Source of the DNA: Candidatus Rokuibacteriota bacterium
GTDB taxonomy: Bacteria; Methylomirabilota; Methylomirabilia; Rokubacteriales; CSP1-6
NCBI GenBank assembly: GCA_044869815.1
Contig: JBIOXS010000023.1
Span: forward strand, 5,672-69,671
Reading direction: 5' to 3'
Length of the DNA stretch: 64,000 bases
In this document: positions 1 to 11,977 of the stretch, piece by piece
How positions within the stretch are numbered: the stretch's first letter is position 1
How the letters are laid out: each line of letters begins with the position of its first letter
Translations under genes and position numbers: made by a program
The notes under the pieces: model-generated
What the model was told of the DNA's origin: nothing
What the model saw: the letters and a program-made list of their open reading frames with translations, nothing else
Databases searched by the model: none

Positions 1-1072
1 GCGCCGCCTCGCGGAACGACGCGGCCTCCGCCTCGGTCGTCACGATGCGACGTTCGGCCAGGTAGCGCCCGCGCGTCACCGCCGCCAGCGCGTCCCAGCG
101 GCGTGCGTACGGCTCGTCGATCAGCGAGCGCCCCTCGGCCATCAGGCAGTCGAAGAAGTGCAACGCCAGCGGCATCTCGCGCACGAGCGCCTCCACACCG
201 TGGACACGGCGGAAGCGCCGCATCAGCTCCTGGAACGGCAGCGGCTTGCCGGTCTGGTCGAGCGCGACCACTTCGCCGTCCAGGATGAACGGCGGGCCGA
301 CGAGCTCGCGACGCGCGATCTCGACGATGTCGGGGAGGCTGCGCGTCACGTCGGAGAGCCGGCGCGTCCACACCTCGACGCGGTCGCCGTCCCGGTGCAG
401 CTGGATCCGCGCGCCGTCGTACTTGTACTCGAGCGCCGTGCGCCCACCGTGAGCCGCCAGCACGACTCCGAAGTCGTCGGCGATCTCGGCCAGCATCGGC
501 AGCAGCGGCACGAACGGGCGGGGCGCCACGCCGGCGAGCGCGGCCGGCCCGCCGCCGGCAACGAGGCGCGCCACCGCGGCGAGGTCGCCCAGGAAGAGCG
601 CCGCGCGACGCGCGGCGCCGATGTCGGCGCCCCAGGCGGCGGCGATGGCCTCCAGCAGCAGGCCGTCCGAGACTCCGGTGCGCATCTCGCCACCGATGAT
701 GCGACCCAGGAACTCACGCTCGTCCGGGGAGGCGCGAGCGGCAAGGTCGGCCAGGCGCGCGTCGCGGGCGCGCCGCGAGCCCGCGCCCGCGGCGGCAGCC
801 ACCTCGGCGAACGCCTCCGCCACGTCGCCGAGCGTCAGCGCGGGGCCCGGCTGCGAGCCCCGGGCAGGGACGCCGCTGCCGAGACCGCGCACGCCGAGAA
901 CGCGCGGGTCGGACGTCGGAAACGCCCGGCCCGCCAGAAACGCAACGGCGATCGGGACCTCGTCGAGACCGAGCGAGCGGAGGAAGCTCGCCACCTCACG
1001 CTGCTTGTCGAGCCGGCCACGCAGGCGCTCGAGGCGGCGGCCGAGCGCGGCGAGCTCTCCGAACGTCGTCAT
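1..1072 (-). CDS. lig: ATP-dependent DNA ligase (LigB-like), runs off the window edge
   Basis: Minus-strand translation starts MTTFGELAALGRRLERLRGRLDKQ and contains PMLAE and the adenylation motif LEYKYDGARIQLH (around 400-433), then ILDGEVV and FDCL. Absent from the ORF track because the stop lies outside the window. Confidence 0.93.
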   Translation of the reverse strand, partial: MTTFGELAALGRRLERLRGRLDKQREVASFLRSLGLDEVPIAVAFLAGRAFPTSDPRVLGVRGLGSGVPARGSQPGPALTLGDVAEAFAEVAAAAGAGSRRARDARLADLAARASPDEREFLGRIIGGEMRTGVSDGLLLEAIAAAWGADIGAARRAALFLGDLAAVARLVAGGGPAALAGVAPRPFVPLLPMLAEIADDFGVVLAAHGGRTALEYKYDGARIQLHRDGDRVEVWTRRLSDVTRSLPDIVEIARRELVGPPFILDGEVVALDQTGKPLPFQELMRRFRRVHGVEALVREMPLALHFFDCLMAEGRSLIDEPYARRWDALAAVTRGRYLAERRIVTTEAEAASFREAA

Positions 1073-1131
1073 GTCCGCATTGTACTGAGCGAATTTGACT
1101 CACCGGCGGCCAGCCCCGTAGGGTTAAGACC

Positions 1132-2985
1132 ATGCGGCGCGTGATCTCCCACGACGGTTCGCCTTCGGTCGCCGCCGCCGCCGCTCCTCTCGCCGTCGAC
1201 TACGAGGTCCGCGCGCTCGTCGGCGAGCCGGCCGGTGAGCTCGTCCTCGTGGGGCCGGGCTCGACGCTCCAACCCAAGGATGGCAGTCGGATCATCGGCC
1301 TCGTCGAGGCGGGCGACGTCGGGCCGTGGCCGCCGGCGTGGTACGCCGTGCTGCCCATCGACGCGCCGGCCGCGATGCTGCGTCGCGCCATCGCCAACGC
1401 GTTCGCGGATCTCGAGGCCGAGGCCGACCTCGAGCGTCTCGAGCGGGACCTGGGCGAGCTGAACGCCATCGGCATCCGGCTCTCCGAGGAGTCGAATCCG
1501 CGATTCCTCCTGGAGACCATCCTCAGCAAGGCGCGCGAGATCACGTCCAGCGACGCCGGCTCGCTGTACATCGTCGACGAGGGCAGTGACGTGGCCCATC
1601 TGCGATTCGCGCTCGCGCAGAACGACAGCGTGAACATCCCGTACCGCGCAGCCACCCTGCCGCTCACCGACGAGAGCGTGGCCGGCTACGTCGCCCTGAC
1701 GGGACGGATCGTGAACCTCGTCGACGCCTACGCGCCGCCCGCGGACTCGCCCTTCACGATCAACCGGTGGTTCGACGAGCAGACGCATTATCGGAGCAAA
1801 TCGATGCTGGTCGTCCCCATGCGCACGCCGCAGGGCGACACCATCGGCGCCCTGCAGCTCATCAACTGCAAGGGCGACTGGCGCGGCTCGCTGGAGAGCC
1901 CGGCGGACGTCGAGCGTCACGTCCATCCCTACGGCCCGCGGCACGAGAAGCTGGCGGGGTCCCTGGCCTCCCAGGCCGCGGTGGTGATCCACAACCGCCG
2001 TCTCTACCTGTCGATCCGCGACCTGTTCGAGGGCTTCGTCAAGGCCTCCGTCACCGCAATCGAGGCACGGGACCCGACGACGTCGGGCCATTCGTTCCGC
2101 GTGGCCGATCTCACGGTCGGCCTCGCCGAGGTCGTGGACGGCTGCGACAGCGGCCCGTATGCTCGCCTGCGTTTCAGCGCCGAGGAGATGATGGAGCTGC
2201 GCTACGCCTCCCTCCTGCACGACTTCGGCAAGGTGGGCGTTCGCGAGCACGTGCTGGTCAAGTCGAAGAAGCTCTATCCGGCGGACCTCGAGCGCATCCG
2301 CCACCGAGTGGAGCTCCTCAAGCGCGAGCTCGCGCTGCGGTCGGCACGCGCGAAGCTCGATGCGGCGGTGGCCCGCCGCGCCGACTACGCTGCGCTGGCG
2401 GCGCGCCTCGACGCCGAGCTGGCAGCCGCCCTCGCCGACCTCGATCGTCAGCTCGGCCTGATCGTCGTCGCCAACGAGCCGAACGTGCAGGCGCGGGAGC
2501 TGACGGCCGACATCGCCGCCATCGCCGGACGCGTGTGGCAGGACGCCGACGGCGCGGCGCGGAGCATCCTCACCTCCGACGAGGCGCGCATTCTCGCCAT
2601 TCCGCGCGGCAGCCTCACCGACGGCGAGCGCCTCGACATCCAGGACCACGTCGTCCACACCTTCGAGTTCCTGAGCCGCATCCCGTGGACGAAGGAGCTC
2701 CGGCGCGTCCCCGACATCGCCGGCGCCCATCACGAAAAGCTCGACGGCACCGGCTATCCGAACCGCGTTCGCGCCGAGGAGATTCCCGTCCAGGCCCGCA
2801 TGATGGCCATTGCCGACATCTACGACGCGTTGACGGCGACGGATCGGCCGTACAAGAAGGCGGTGCGCACGGAGGAAGCGCTGGCAATCCTCGACGCCGA
2901 GGGTCGCTCCGGCGCCCTCGACTCCGCGCTTCTCGACCTGTTCATCTCGGCTCGCGTCTTCGAGCGCGTCACCCGGCCGTCGTAG
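1132..2985 (+). CDS. GAF + HD-GYP cyclic di-nucleotide phosphodiesterase
   Basis: GAF region (DAGSLY, SKSMLVVPM, IGALQLIN) followed by HD-GYP motifs TSGHSFRVA, LLHDFGKVG, HHEKLDGTGYP and IADIYDALT..RPYK. Confidence 0.92.
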   Translation: MRRVISHDGSPSVAAAAAPLAVDYEVRALVGEPAGELVLVGPGSTLQPKDGSRIIGLVEAGDVGPWPPAWYAVLPIDAPAAMLRRAIANAFADLEAEADLERLERDLGELNAIGIRLSEESNPRFLLETILSKAREITSSDAGSLYIVDEGSDVAHLRFALAQNDSVNIPYRAATLPLTDESVAGYVALTGRIVNLVDAYAPPADSPFTINRWFDEQTHYRSKSMLVVPMRTPQGDTIGALQLINCKGDWRGSLESPADVERHVHPYGPRHEKLAGSLASQAAVVIHNRRLYLSIRDLFEGFVKASVTAIEARDPTTSGHSFRVADLTVGLAEVVDGCDSGPYARLRFSAEEMMELRYASLLHDFGKVGVREHVLVKSKKLYPADLERIRHRVELLKRELALRSARAKLDAAVARRADYAALAARLDAELAAALADLDRQLGLIVVANEPNVQARELTADIAAIAGRVWQDADGAARSILTSDEARILAIPRGSLTDGERLDIQDHVVHTFEFLSRIPWTKELRRVPDIAGAHHEKLDGTGYPNRVRAEEIPVQARMMAIADIYDALTATDRPYKKAVRTEEALAILDAEGRSGALDSALLDLFISARVFERVTRPS

Positions 2986-3042
2986 CGCCGCGGGTTCGGC
3001 CGGGCTGCACTTTACGAACGACCACCGCGCGTCGGAGTCAAC

Positions 3043-3240
3043 TCAACCGCCGATCAATAGCAGCGAGACGGACCACGCGACCAGCGCGAGGGCAGCGATG
3101 GCGGCGCGGACGACTTCGGTGAAAAGGAGGCGGTCCCTCTTCACATGTCGAGTGGTTCGGATCAAAAAAAGGGCGCGCTGGCGACGTTGGGTGATCAGAC
3201 GGCGTTGCAGTGAGGGATACGTGACGGCGTGAGCGTTCAT
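3043..3240 (-). CDS. Small basic protein with C-terminal transmembrane helix, downstream of lexA
   Basis: ATG with GGAGG SD, 27 nt after the lexA stop. Arg-rich N-terminus and hydrophobic C-terminus (AAIAALALVAWSVSLLLIGG). Confidence 0.6.
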   Translation of the reverse strand: MNAHAVTYPSLQRRLITQRRQRALFLIRTTRHVKRDRLLFTEVVRAAIAALALVAWSVSLLLIGG

Positions 3241-3267
3241 CCGAGCCTCCGCTTCCTGTCTGCCTGT

Positions 3268-3903
3268 TCAGAAGCCTCGAAGAAGTCCGACGACCTTGCC
3301 GATGATCTTCACGGGCGTGCGTCGAGGGTCGACGACGATGGGGGCCATCGTGGGATGTTCCGGCTTGAGCACCACCCGCTCGCCGTCGCGCTGGAAGCGC
3401 TTCACGGTGGCTTCCGCCTCGCCCCCATCGGACTCCACCATGGCGACGACGATCTCGTTCGGCTGCGCGCTGTCCTGCCGACGCACCAGCACGAGGTCTC
3501 CATCGCAGATGTGCGCCTCGATCATGCTGTCGCCGCGCACCCGAAGCGCGAAGACGTCCTCGCCGCGACCGGGCAGCGAGGCCGGCGCAATGTGCAATTC
3601 GCCCTCGCGATTCTCGGCGGCAAGCAAGGGCTGGCCGGCGGCGACGCGGCCCAGGATCGGAACCACTTGCGGTCGGGATCCCCCGCCTTCGGAAGGCACG
3701 AGCGAGCGTGAGGTGCGACCGGCCGTGGCGCGGCGCTGGAGCATCCCCTTGCGCTCGAGGGCACGAAGATGGTCGAACGCGGCGCGCGGGGTGACTTTGA
3801 AGCGCTCGCCGATCTCCCGCACCGTCGGCGGCAGCCCGTGCTTGGCGATGAATCCCCGGATGAAGCCGAGAACCTCGCGCTGCTTGCCGGTCAACTCCCT
3901 CAT
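3268..3903 (-). CDS. lexA: SOS repressor LexA
   Basis: LTGKQREVL..PPTVREIG HTH, VAAG cleavage site, GDSM catalytic Ser, ATVKRF catalytic Lys. Confidence 0.97.
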   Translation of the reverse strand: MRELTGKQREVLGFIRGFIAKHGLPPTVREIGERFKVTPRAAFDHLRALERKGMLQRRATAGRTSRSLVPSEGGGSRPQVVPILGRVAAGQPLLAAENREGELHIAPASLPGRGEDVFALRVRGDSMIEAHICDGDLVLVRRQDSAQPNEIVVAMVESDGGEAEATVKRFQRDGERVVLKPEHPTMAPIVVDPRRTPVKIIGKVVGLLRGF

Positions 3904-3922
3904 TCGCACCTCCGTGGGCGAC

Positions 3923-3952
3923 ACCATACTCAACGGGTGTTGAGGTCGTCAA
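3923..3952 (-). promoter_or_regulatory. lexA sigma70 promoter with palindromic operator CTCAAC-N4-GTTGAG in the spacer
   Basis: Minus strand TTGACG-18 nt-TATGGT. Perfect inverted repeat at 3929-3944. Confidence 0.65.
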
Positions 3953-3971
3953 TCAAAAAAAGAGGGCTCCC

Positions 3972-4442
3972 TCAGGCCGGCTCCCACGGCTCGCAAACGG
4001 GGCACGTGGCGAGCCCGGCCTCGCGGGCCTCGGCGATCGTCTTCATGTAGCTGCGCTCGGGCTCGGGGATCCGGCGCACCCACGCGCAGTCGCGGCGGTG
4101 GAAGATGCGCGAGCCGCGCTGCGCGCAGAACGGCTCTCCGTGCTCCTCGGCGTCGGCGACGGCGACCGCCGTCGTCTCCTGCGTCATCGCCGGTTCCGTC
4201 TCCGATGGCAGCGGCACCGGCATCTCGGCGACCGGTGTCAGGTCGGGCGCCGGAGGCGGCGAATCGATCTCGTTGATCTGGAGATTGCTCTCCACCGTCG
4301 ACCGGAACTCGTCGCTGGCGCGACGAAACTCGCGCATGGCACGGCCCACCATCCGACCCAGCTCGGGAAGCTTCGACGGGCCGAAGACGAGGAGCGCCAG
4401 CACCCCGATGACGAGCATCTCCTGAAGACCGATGTCGAACAT
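3972..4442 (-). CDS. tatB: TatB/TatA-family translocase subunit with C-terminal Ada-type Zn-binding domain
   Basis: [30 protein letters not shown] is the TatA/B signature. C-terminus FHRRDC...[14 protein letters not shown]. Confidence 0.85.
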   Translation of the reverse strand: MFDIGLQEMLVIGVLALLVFGPSKLPELGRMVGRAMREFRRASDEFRSTVESNLQINEIDSPPPAPDLTPVAEMPVPLPSETEPAMTQETTAVAVADAEEHGEPFCAQRGSRIFHRRDCAWVRRIPEPERSYMKTIAEAREAGLATCPVCEPWEPA

Positions 4443-4583
4443 GCGGCTAGAGTAACACGCGCGAACGAGGCGGCTGGGCGTGCCCGAAGATGGAAAAAAG
4501 TTTCCGTGCGCGAGCGCGACCGGCGGGCGACACGCGCGACAGCGCCACCGTCACGGCGGCCACTTGCGGTCGCCGGAAGCGGC

Positions 4584-4600
4584 GGGGCACGGGAGTTGCT
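4584..4600 (+). promoter_or_regulatory. sigma54-like -24/-12 motif pointing antisense into the activator gene
   Basis: GGGGCACGGGAGTTGCT with GG-N10-GC spacing. Confidence 0.4.
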
Positions 4601-4646
4601 GCCACCGTCCGCTCCGAAAGGAATGACCGATGCGCGTCCGCGACCG

Positions 4647-5669
<1,023 letters not shown>

Positions 5670-5730
5670 CGAAGTGGTCTCCTCGTCGACATCGCGTGTG
5701 AACCCTTCGCCCATGCTGCGTGAAGCGGAG

Positions 5731-5747
5731 TGCACTCGATGTGCCAA
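5731..5747 (-). promoter_or_regulatory. sigma54 promoter upstream of the activator gene
   Basis: Minus strand TTGGCACATCGAGTGCA. Confidence 0.65.
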
Positions 5748-5876
5748 GGGTTTACCCACTGGCTATTCCAGTGATTACAAGGAGTTGACCCTGTGCTGCC
5801 CTATCAGCAGCGGCCGGCATTGTAGAAAATACATGCGATTGCTTGCAACAATTACAACGTGCCGGGAGGCAAGAAA

Positions 5877-6269
5877 ATGGAGATCATGATCGTCGACGAC
5901 GAACCGCAGGTTGCCGAGGTGCTCGCCACGTCCCTGCAGCGCCAGGGGCACCGGACGACGGTGGTGCACTCCGGCCGCGAGGCCCTCGATCGCATCAAGG
6001 CGGGAGCCTACGACGCCCTGTTTCTGGACGTCTCGATGCCCGGGATGAACGGCCTCGACGTCATGGCCGAGGTGCGCCGGATCCGTCCCGCCCTCGCCGT
6101 CGTCGTCATCACGGGTCACGCGACGGCGGACGAGATCGAGGACGTGAAGAAGATGGGCGCCGTCGACGTGATCCAGAAGCCGTCGGCGCTCACGCACTAT
6201 CATCAGGCCATCGAGCGGCTGCACACGCACGCCGAGAAAAAGCCCTTTCCGCGTCTCGGGGACGTGTGA
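5877..6269 (+). CDS. Stand-alone receiver (CheY-like) response regulator
   Basis: IMIVDDE, LFLDVSMPGMNG, ITGH, QKP. GGGAGG SD. Confidence 0.92.
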   Translation: MEIMIVDDEPQVAEVLATSLQRQGHRTTVVHSGREALDRIKAGAYDALFLDVSMPGMNGLDVMAEVRRIRPALAVVVITGHATADEIEDVKKMGAVDVIQKPSALTHYHQAIERLHTHAEKKPFPRLGDV

Positions 6270-6270
6270 T

Positions 6271-7539
6271 ATGCGTGAGCCCGTGATCGCCCGCCTCGTG
6301 CGCGTGGCCGCCGTGGTCGTCGTGTCGCTGTGGCCGGGCGCGGTCGCGGCCCAGCAGATCCCGCTCGCCCCGTACCAGTCCACGTCGCGGCCCGACGATC
6401 CGCAGCGTCTGCAGATGCCACGCCGGGCGCCGCTCACGATCTTGCCGAGCGTCACCATCAGCGAGGAGTACAACGACAACGTCAATCTGAGCAACGCCAA
6501 CCGGACTTCGGATTTCATCACCGGCATCACCCCGGCCCTCAACATCATCTACGGAAGCGCGACGTATCAGCTCGCCGTCGGCTACAACTTCACGGCCGAG
6601 ATGTACGCGCGCGATCCCGATCGGAACGCCGCCTTCAACCGGCAGAACTTCGATCTCGACACCCTCTGGCGTCCGACCGAACAGCTCACGCTGACGCTGG
6701 TCGACGGCTTCACGTTCAGCACCGACACCAATCTGATCTCACCCGAAGGCGTCGCCACCGGCCGCGATCAGGCCTGGTCGAACACGGTGCGCGGCGGCCT
6801 CGGCTATCGGTTCGATCCGCTCACGACCCTGCGGACGGGCGCCTCATACACGGTCCAGCGCTACGAGGCGGCGACGCTCGAGGACTCGGACATCTATCGC
6901 TTCGACGTCGCCGTCGACCGCGTGCTGTCGCGCTTTCTGACGGGAACGGTCGCGTACGAGGCCGCGTACTTCGACATCGAGTTCGAGCCCAAGACGTGGA
7001 CGCACACGCCGCGGCTGGGGGCCACCTATCGGTTGACGGAAACCATCACGCTGGCGCTCAGCGGCGGCCCCACCTTCGAGCTTCCCGAGGGCAACACTCG
7101 CGACGACCGGATCACGCCGGCCGTCACCGCGAGCTACGAGCAGCGGACGTTCTTCGGTCTGGTCCGCGCGGACTTCGATCGTCGCGTCGGCACCGCGGGC
7201 GGCGTCGGCGGCACCACCGACAACACGAGCTTCGGTGCCCGCGTCGACGTCACCACGCTCACGCGGGGTCTCACGCTGTCGCTGGCACCGCGATATTCCA
7301 TCGTCAAGTCGCCCGAGGACCAGCGGCGCATCGACATCCAGTCCTTCACGATGCCCCTGACGGCCACGTATCGCCTCACCGCGTGGGTGGCTGCGGTCGC
7401 GAGCTACCAGTTTTTCCGGCAGCGCACCGACGGGCCCGTCCTGAACCGCGCCGGCCTCGTCGTGGCCGAGGACGCGGACCAGAACCGCGTGTTCGTCGGC
7501 CTGCAGTTCGGGTATCCATTCGCGTTCGATCGGCCGTAG
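6271..7539 (+). CDS. Outer-membrane beta-barrel, exopolysaccharide-associated
   Basis: Signal peptide, PSVTISEEYNDNV motif typical of EPS-locus barrels, amphipathic strands, aromatic C-terminus, adjacent to wza/wzc. Confidence 0.75.
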   Translation: MREPVIARLVRVAAVVVVSLWPGAVAAQQIPLAPYQSTSRPDDPQRLQMPRRAPLTILPSVTISEEYNDNVNLSNANRTSDFITGITPALNIIYGSATYQLAVGYNFTAEMYARDPDRNAAFNRQNFDLDTLWRPTEQLTLTLVDGFTFSTDTNLISPEGVATGRDQAWSNTVRGGLGYRFDPLTTLRTGASYTVQRYEAATLEDSDIYRFDVAVDRVLSRFLTGTVAYEAAYFDIEFEPKTWTHTPRLGATYRLTETITLALSGGPTFELPEGNTRDDRITPAVTASYEQRTFFGLVRADFDRRVGTAGGVGGTTDNTSFGARVDVTTLTRGLTLSLAPRYSIVKSPEDQRRIDIQSFTMPLTATYRLTAWVAAVASYQFFRQRTDGPVLNRAGLVVAEDADQNRVFVGLQFGYPFAFDRP

Positions 7540-7686
7540 TGCAGCGCTTTACTCACCGCCGCGCACCCGCTTTCTGAGAATGCTCCGGCGCTGACCCCGG
7601 AACGGCGCCCCGCGGGCGCGCGTCGTGTGCCGTCCGTTGCGGGGAAAATGCATCCAGCGGGCACGGCCTGCGCCGGGCTGCAAGAT

Positions 7687-7703
7687 TTGGCACTGACCTT
7701 GCC
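7687..7703 (+). promoter_or_regulatory. sigma54 promoter upstream of the EPS regulator/operon
   Basis: TTGGCACTGACCTTGCC, near-consensus. Confidence 0.75.
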
Positions 7704-8153
7704 GTCACAGGGTGCAGCCGGTCACCCCGGCCGACGACATGCCGCTGGCCCGACGACTTGCACGGTCCGATGGAAGATTTACCCTCGCCGCCCGCGCGGC
7801 GGCGAGGGCGATCGCGTCGTCCTGCGCACCTGACTCACGCCCCGGCATTCACGACCACGACCTCCACAACTTCGAGGCGCGCGGCGCGCGCCTCTGTCGC
7901 GCCCCCGGGCGGCCTTGACCGCTCCGGGTCTCCGTGCGCTGGGAGATTCGATGAGCAGCGACGAAGTCGCGCGCACGTTTCGCTCGACAGGCGTCAAACC
8001 TTTTCCGCGATCGGGCACCTCCACGCCCAGACTGGGTTCACGACACGTGACCGCCGGGGGAGCGGCACCGCGCCTGCGCGCTAAGTGCGCGACATCGCGG
8101 TCCGGCACGTGTTTTGAACTGACACAGTCCGCCTCATGGAAGAAAGATTCCCA

Positions 8154-9608
<1,455 letters not shown>

Positions 9609-9631
9609 GCGGCGGTGCAGGAGGACGATCC

Positions 9632-10255
9632 ATGACAGTGAAGCCGTTCGTCGTCGCGCTCGCGCTCGTCGCCGGAGCCAGCGTCGCCACCGTCTACGCC
9701 CAGCAGGCGTCGCCGCCCTCGAACACGGGAGCGGCCGCCCGCACGCCGACCGGCGCGCCCATTCCCATCACCGACTACGTGATCGGTCCCGAGGACATGC
9801 TGCAGATCACCGTCTGGAAGAACGAGTCGCTGTCGCGGGGGCTGCCGGTGCGGCCGGACGGCAAGATCTCGCTGCCGCTGCTCCACGACGTGCAGGCGGC
9901 CGGACTCACGCCGATGCAGCTGCAGGAGAAGCTCGCCACCGCCCTCGGCGAGTTCATGCCGAATCCGGAGGTCTCGGTGACGGTGACCGACGTGCGGAGC
10001 TACCGCGTGTCGGTGCTGGGTGAAGTGCAGCGGCCGGGCGTGCTGCAGCTCAAGAGCGATACCACCGTGCTCGAAGCCATCGCGCTCGCCGGCGGCTTCC
10101 GCGACTTCGCCTCGCCGGGCAAGATCATGATCCTCCGCAAGAACGGTGACGGCCAGGCGCAGAAGATCCCGTTCAACTACAACCGTGTCGTGAAAGACAA
10201 CCGGGGCGAAGGCAACGTCACCCTGAAGTCGGGCGACGTGGTCGTCGTCCCTTAA
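9632..10255 (+). CDS. Polysaccharide export protein (Wza/Poly_export + SLBB)
   Basis: YVIGPEDMLQITVW, VRPDGKISLPL, VLGEVQRPG, EAIALAGG, LKSGDVVVVP. GGAGGA SD. Confidence 0.92.
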   Translation: MTVKPFVVALALVAGASVATVYAQQASPPSNTGAAARTPTGAPIPITDYVIGPEDMLQITVWKNESLSRGLPVRPDGKISLPLLHDVQAAGLTPMQLQEKLATALGEFMPNPEVSVTVTDVRSYRVSVLGEVQRPGVLQLKSDTTVLEAIALAGGFRDFASPGKIMILRKNGDGQAQKIPFNYNRVVKDNRGEGNVTLKSGDVVVVP

Positions 10256-10278
10256 GCGTACCCAGAGGACAGAACGCC

Positions 10279-11973
10279 ATGCCGACACCGCCGACCCAGT
10301 ACGACGACACCGCGAAAGGTCCTGGTCTCGCCGGGCTGCTCGAGATCGCGCGCCGCCGCCGGGTGCTGGCCCTCCTGCCCTTTCTCTTCGTCCTCACGGC
10401 GGCGGCGTCGCTGGCCGTCTTCCTGCCGAGCGTGTGGACGGCGAAGACCCTCGTGCTCGTCAACCGCCAGCAGATACCCGAGCGCTTCGTGGCGCCGACC
10501 GTGCAGGCGGACATCGACGCGCGACTGCTCACGCTGAGCCAGGAGATCCTGACCGCCGATCGCCTCATGAAGATCTCGCAGGACTACGGGCTCTATCAGA
10601 ACCTGCGCCGCACGCACCCGACGGAGGAGGTCGTGGACCAGATGCGCCGCGACATCCGGCTCGAGCTGGTGGAGGACAAGGTGGACCGCCGGCCGCGCGA
10701 GCAGCGCTCGGTGCTGTTCAGCATCACCTATCGCGCCCCCGATCCCCACGTGGCGGCCGGCGTGACGAACACGCTGGCGTCGCTCTACATCCAGGAGAAC
10801 GGCCGCGTCCGCGAGAAGCAGGCGGCCGGGACCACCGCCTTTCTCCAGGCGCAGCTGGCCGACGTGGCCAACAAGCTGAAGGCCCAGGAGCAGCGGATCA
10901 CCGACTACAAGGAGAAGTTCATCGGTGAGCTGCCCGAGCAGCGTGACACGAACGTGCGCACGCTCGAGCGCCTGCAGCAGCAGCTGCAGCTCGCCTCCGA
11001 GAACAACCGCCGCGCCAACGAGCGCAAGCAGCTGCTGACCGACAGCCTCGGCCAGTTCGACATGACCTCGGGCATGGTGGCGGGGCCGGGCGCCGGTCCC
11101 AACGTGACGCCCGCCGATACCGCGGCCGCTCGGCTGAACCTGCTCCGTCAGGAGCTGGCTGTCATGCAGACGCGCTTCCACGAGCGGTATCCGGACGTGA
11201 TCCAGATGAAGGATCAGATCCGCATCCTCGAGGCGAAGGTGGAGGCGGAGAAGAAACAGCAGGCCGCCCTCGCCGCGCAGGCGGCGGCCGGGCCCGCCGC
11301 CAAGAAGCCGGCGCGCGACCTGCGGGCGGTCCCGCAGAACCCCTACATCCAGAGCCTGATGACGCAGCTGGACCAGGCGCAGGTGGACGCCAAGGCCAGC
11401 TCGCAGGAGATCGCCGACATCAATCGGCAGATCGCCGTCTACCAGCGGCGCCTGGAGAACACGCCGAAGCGCGAGCAGGAGCTGGCCATCATCACGCGCG
11501 ACTACGAGACGACGCGCGAGCTGCACAGGAACCTGCTCGCCAAGCGCGGCGAGGCCGACATGGCCGCCGAGCTCGAGCAGCGCCAGCAGGGCGAGACGTT
11601 CCGCGTGATCGAGCCGGCGCGGCTGCCCGATCGTCCGGCCGGTCCGAACCGCTTCCGCCTCCTCCTGGTGGGCCTGGCCCTGGCCCTCGGCGCCAGCGGC
11701 GTGGCCGTTCTCCTCGCCGAGCAGGTCGACACGTCGTTCCGGCGTGTTGACGAGGTGCGCGCGACGGCGCCCATGCCCGTCCTCTCCGCCATCCCGCGCA
11801 TCAGGACCGAGCAGGATCGTTACCGCCAGCTCCGTCAGCGCCGCTGGGCGACGGCGGCGGTGGCCGTCGGACTCTTCATGGTCGCCGGCACGTCGTTCAT
11901 GGTGGCGCACAACAACCAGTCGATGGTGGCGCTCCTGATGCCGGCCCCGCCGACGGCGACGACCGGGAGGTAA
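10279..11973 (+). CDS. Polysaccharide co-polymerase / chain-length determinant (Wzc N-part/GumC-like)
   Basis: N-terminal TM, long coiled coil, YPDV motif, FRVIEPARLP..PNR followed by a second TM. Confidence 0.9.
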   Translation: MPTPPTQYDDTAKGPGLAGLLEIARRRRVLALLPFLFVLTAAASLAVFLPSVWTAKTLVLVNRQQIPERFVAPTVQADIDARLLTLSQEILTADRLMKISQDYGLYQNLRRTHPTEEVVDQMRRDIRLELVEDKVDRRPREQRSVLFSITYRAPDPHVAAGVTNTLASLYIQENGRVREKQAAGTTAFLQAQLADVANKLKAQEQRITDYKEKFIGELPEQRDTNVRTLERLQQQLQLASENNRRANERKQLLTDSLGQFDMTSGMVAGPGAGPNVTPADTAAARLNLLRQELAVMQTRFHERYPDVIQMKDQIRILEAKVEAEKKQQAALAAQAAAGPAAKKPARDLRAVPQNPYIQSLMTQLDQAQVDAKASSQEIADINRQIAVYQRRLENTPKREQELAIITRDYETTRELHRNLLAKRGEADMAAELEQRQQGETFRVIEPARLPDRPAGPNRFRLLLVGLALALGASGVAVLLAEQVDTSFRRVDEVRATAPMPVLSAIPRIRTEQDRYRQLRQRRWATAAVAVGLFMVAGTSFMVAHNNQSMVALLMPAPPTATTGR

Positions 11974-11977
11974 TGTC

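Noticed and set aside
158-1144. 328-aa plus-strand ORF and similar long antisense ORFs (1069-2733, 4098-5723, 7779-9500, 10252-11979, 41339-43075, 48103-49734)
   Set aside because: Each mirrors a motif-bearing gene on the other strand and has no recognisable motifs.
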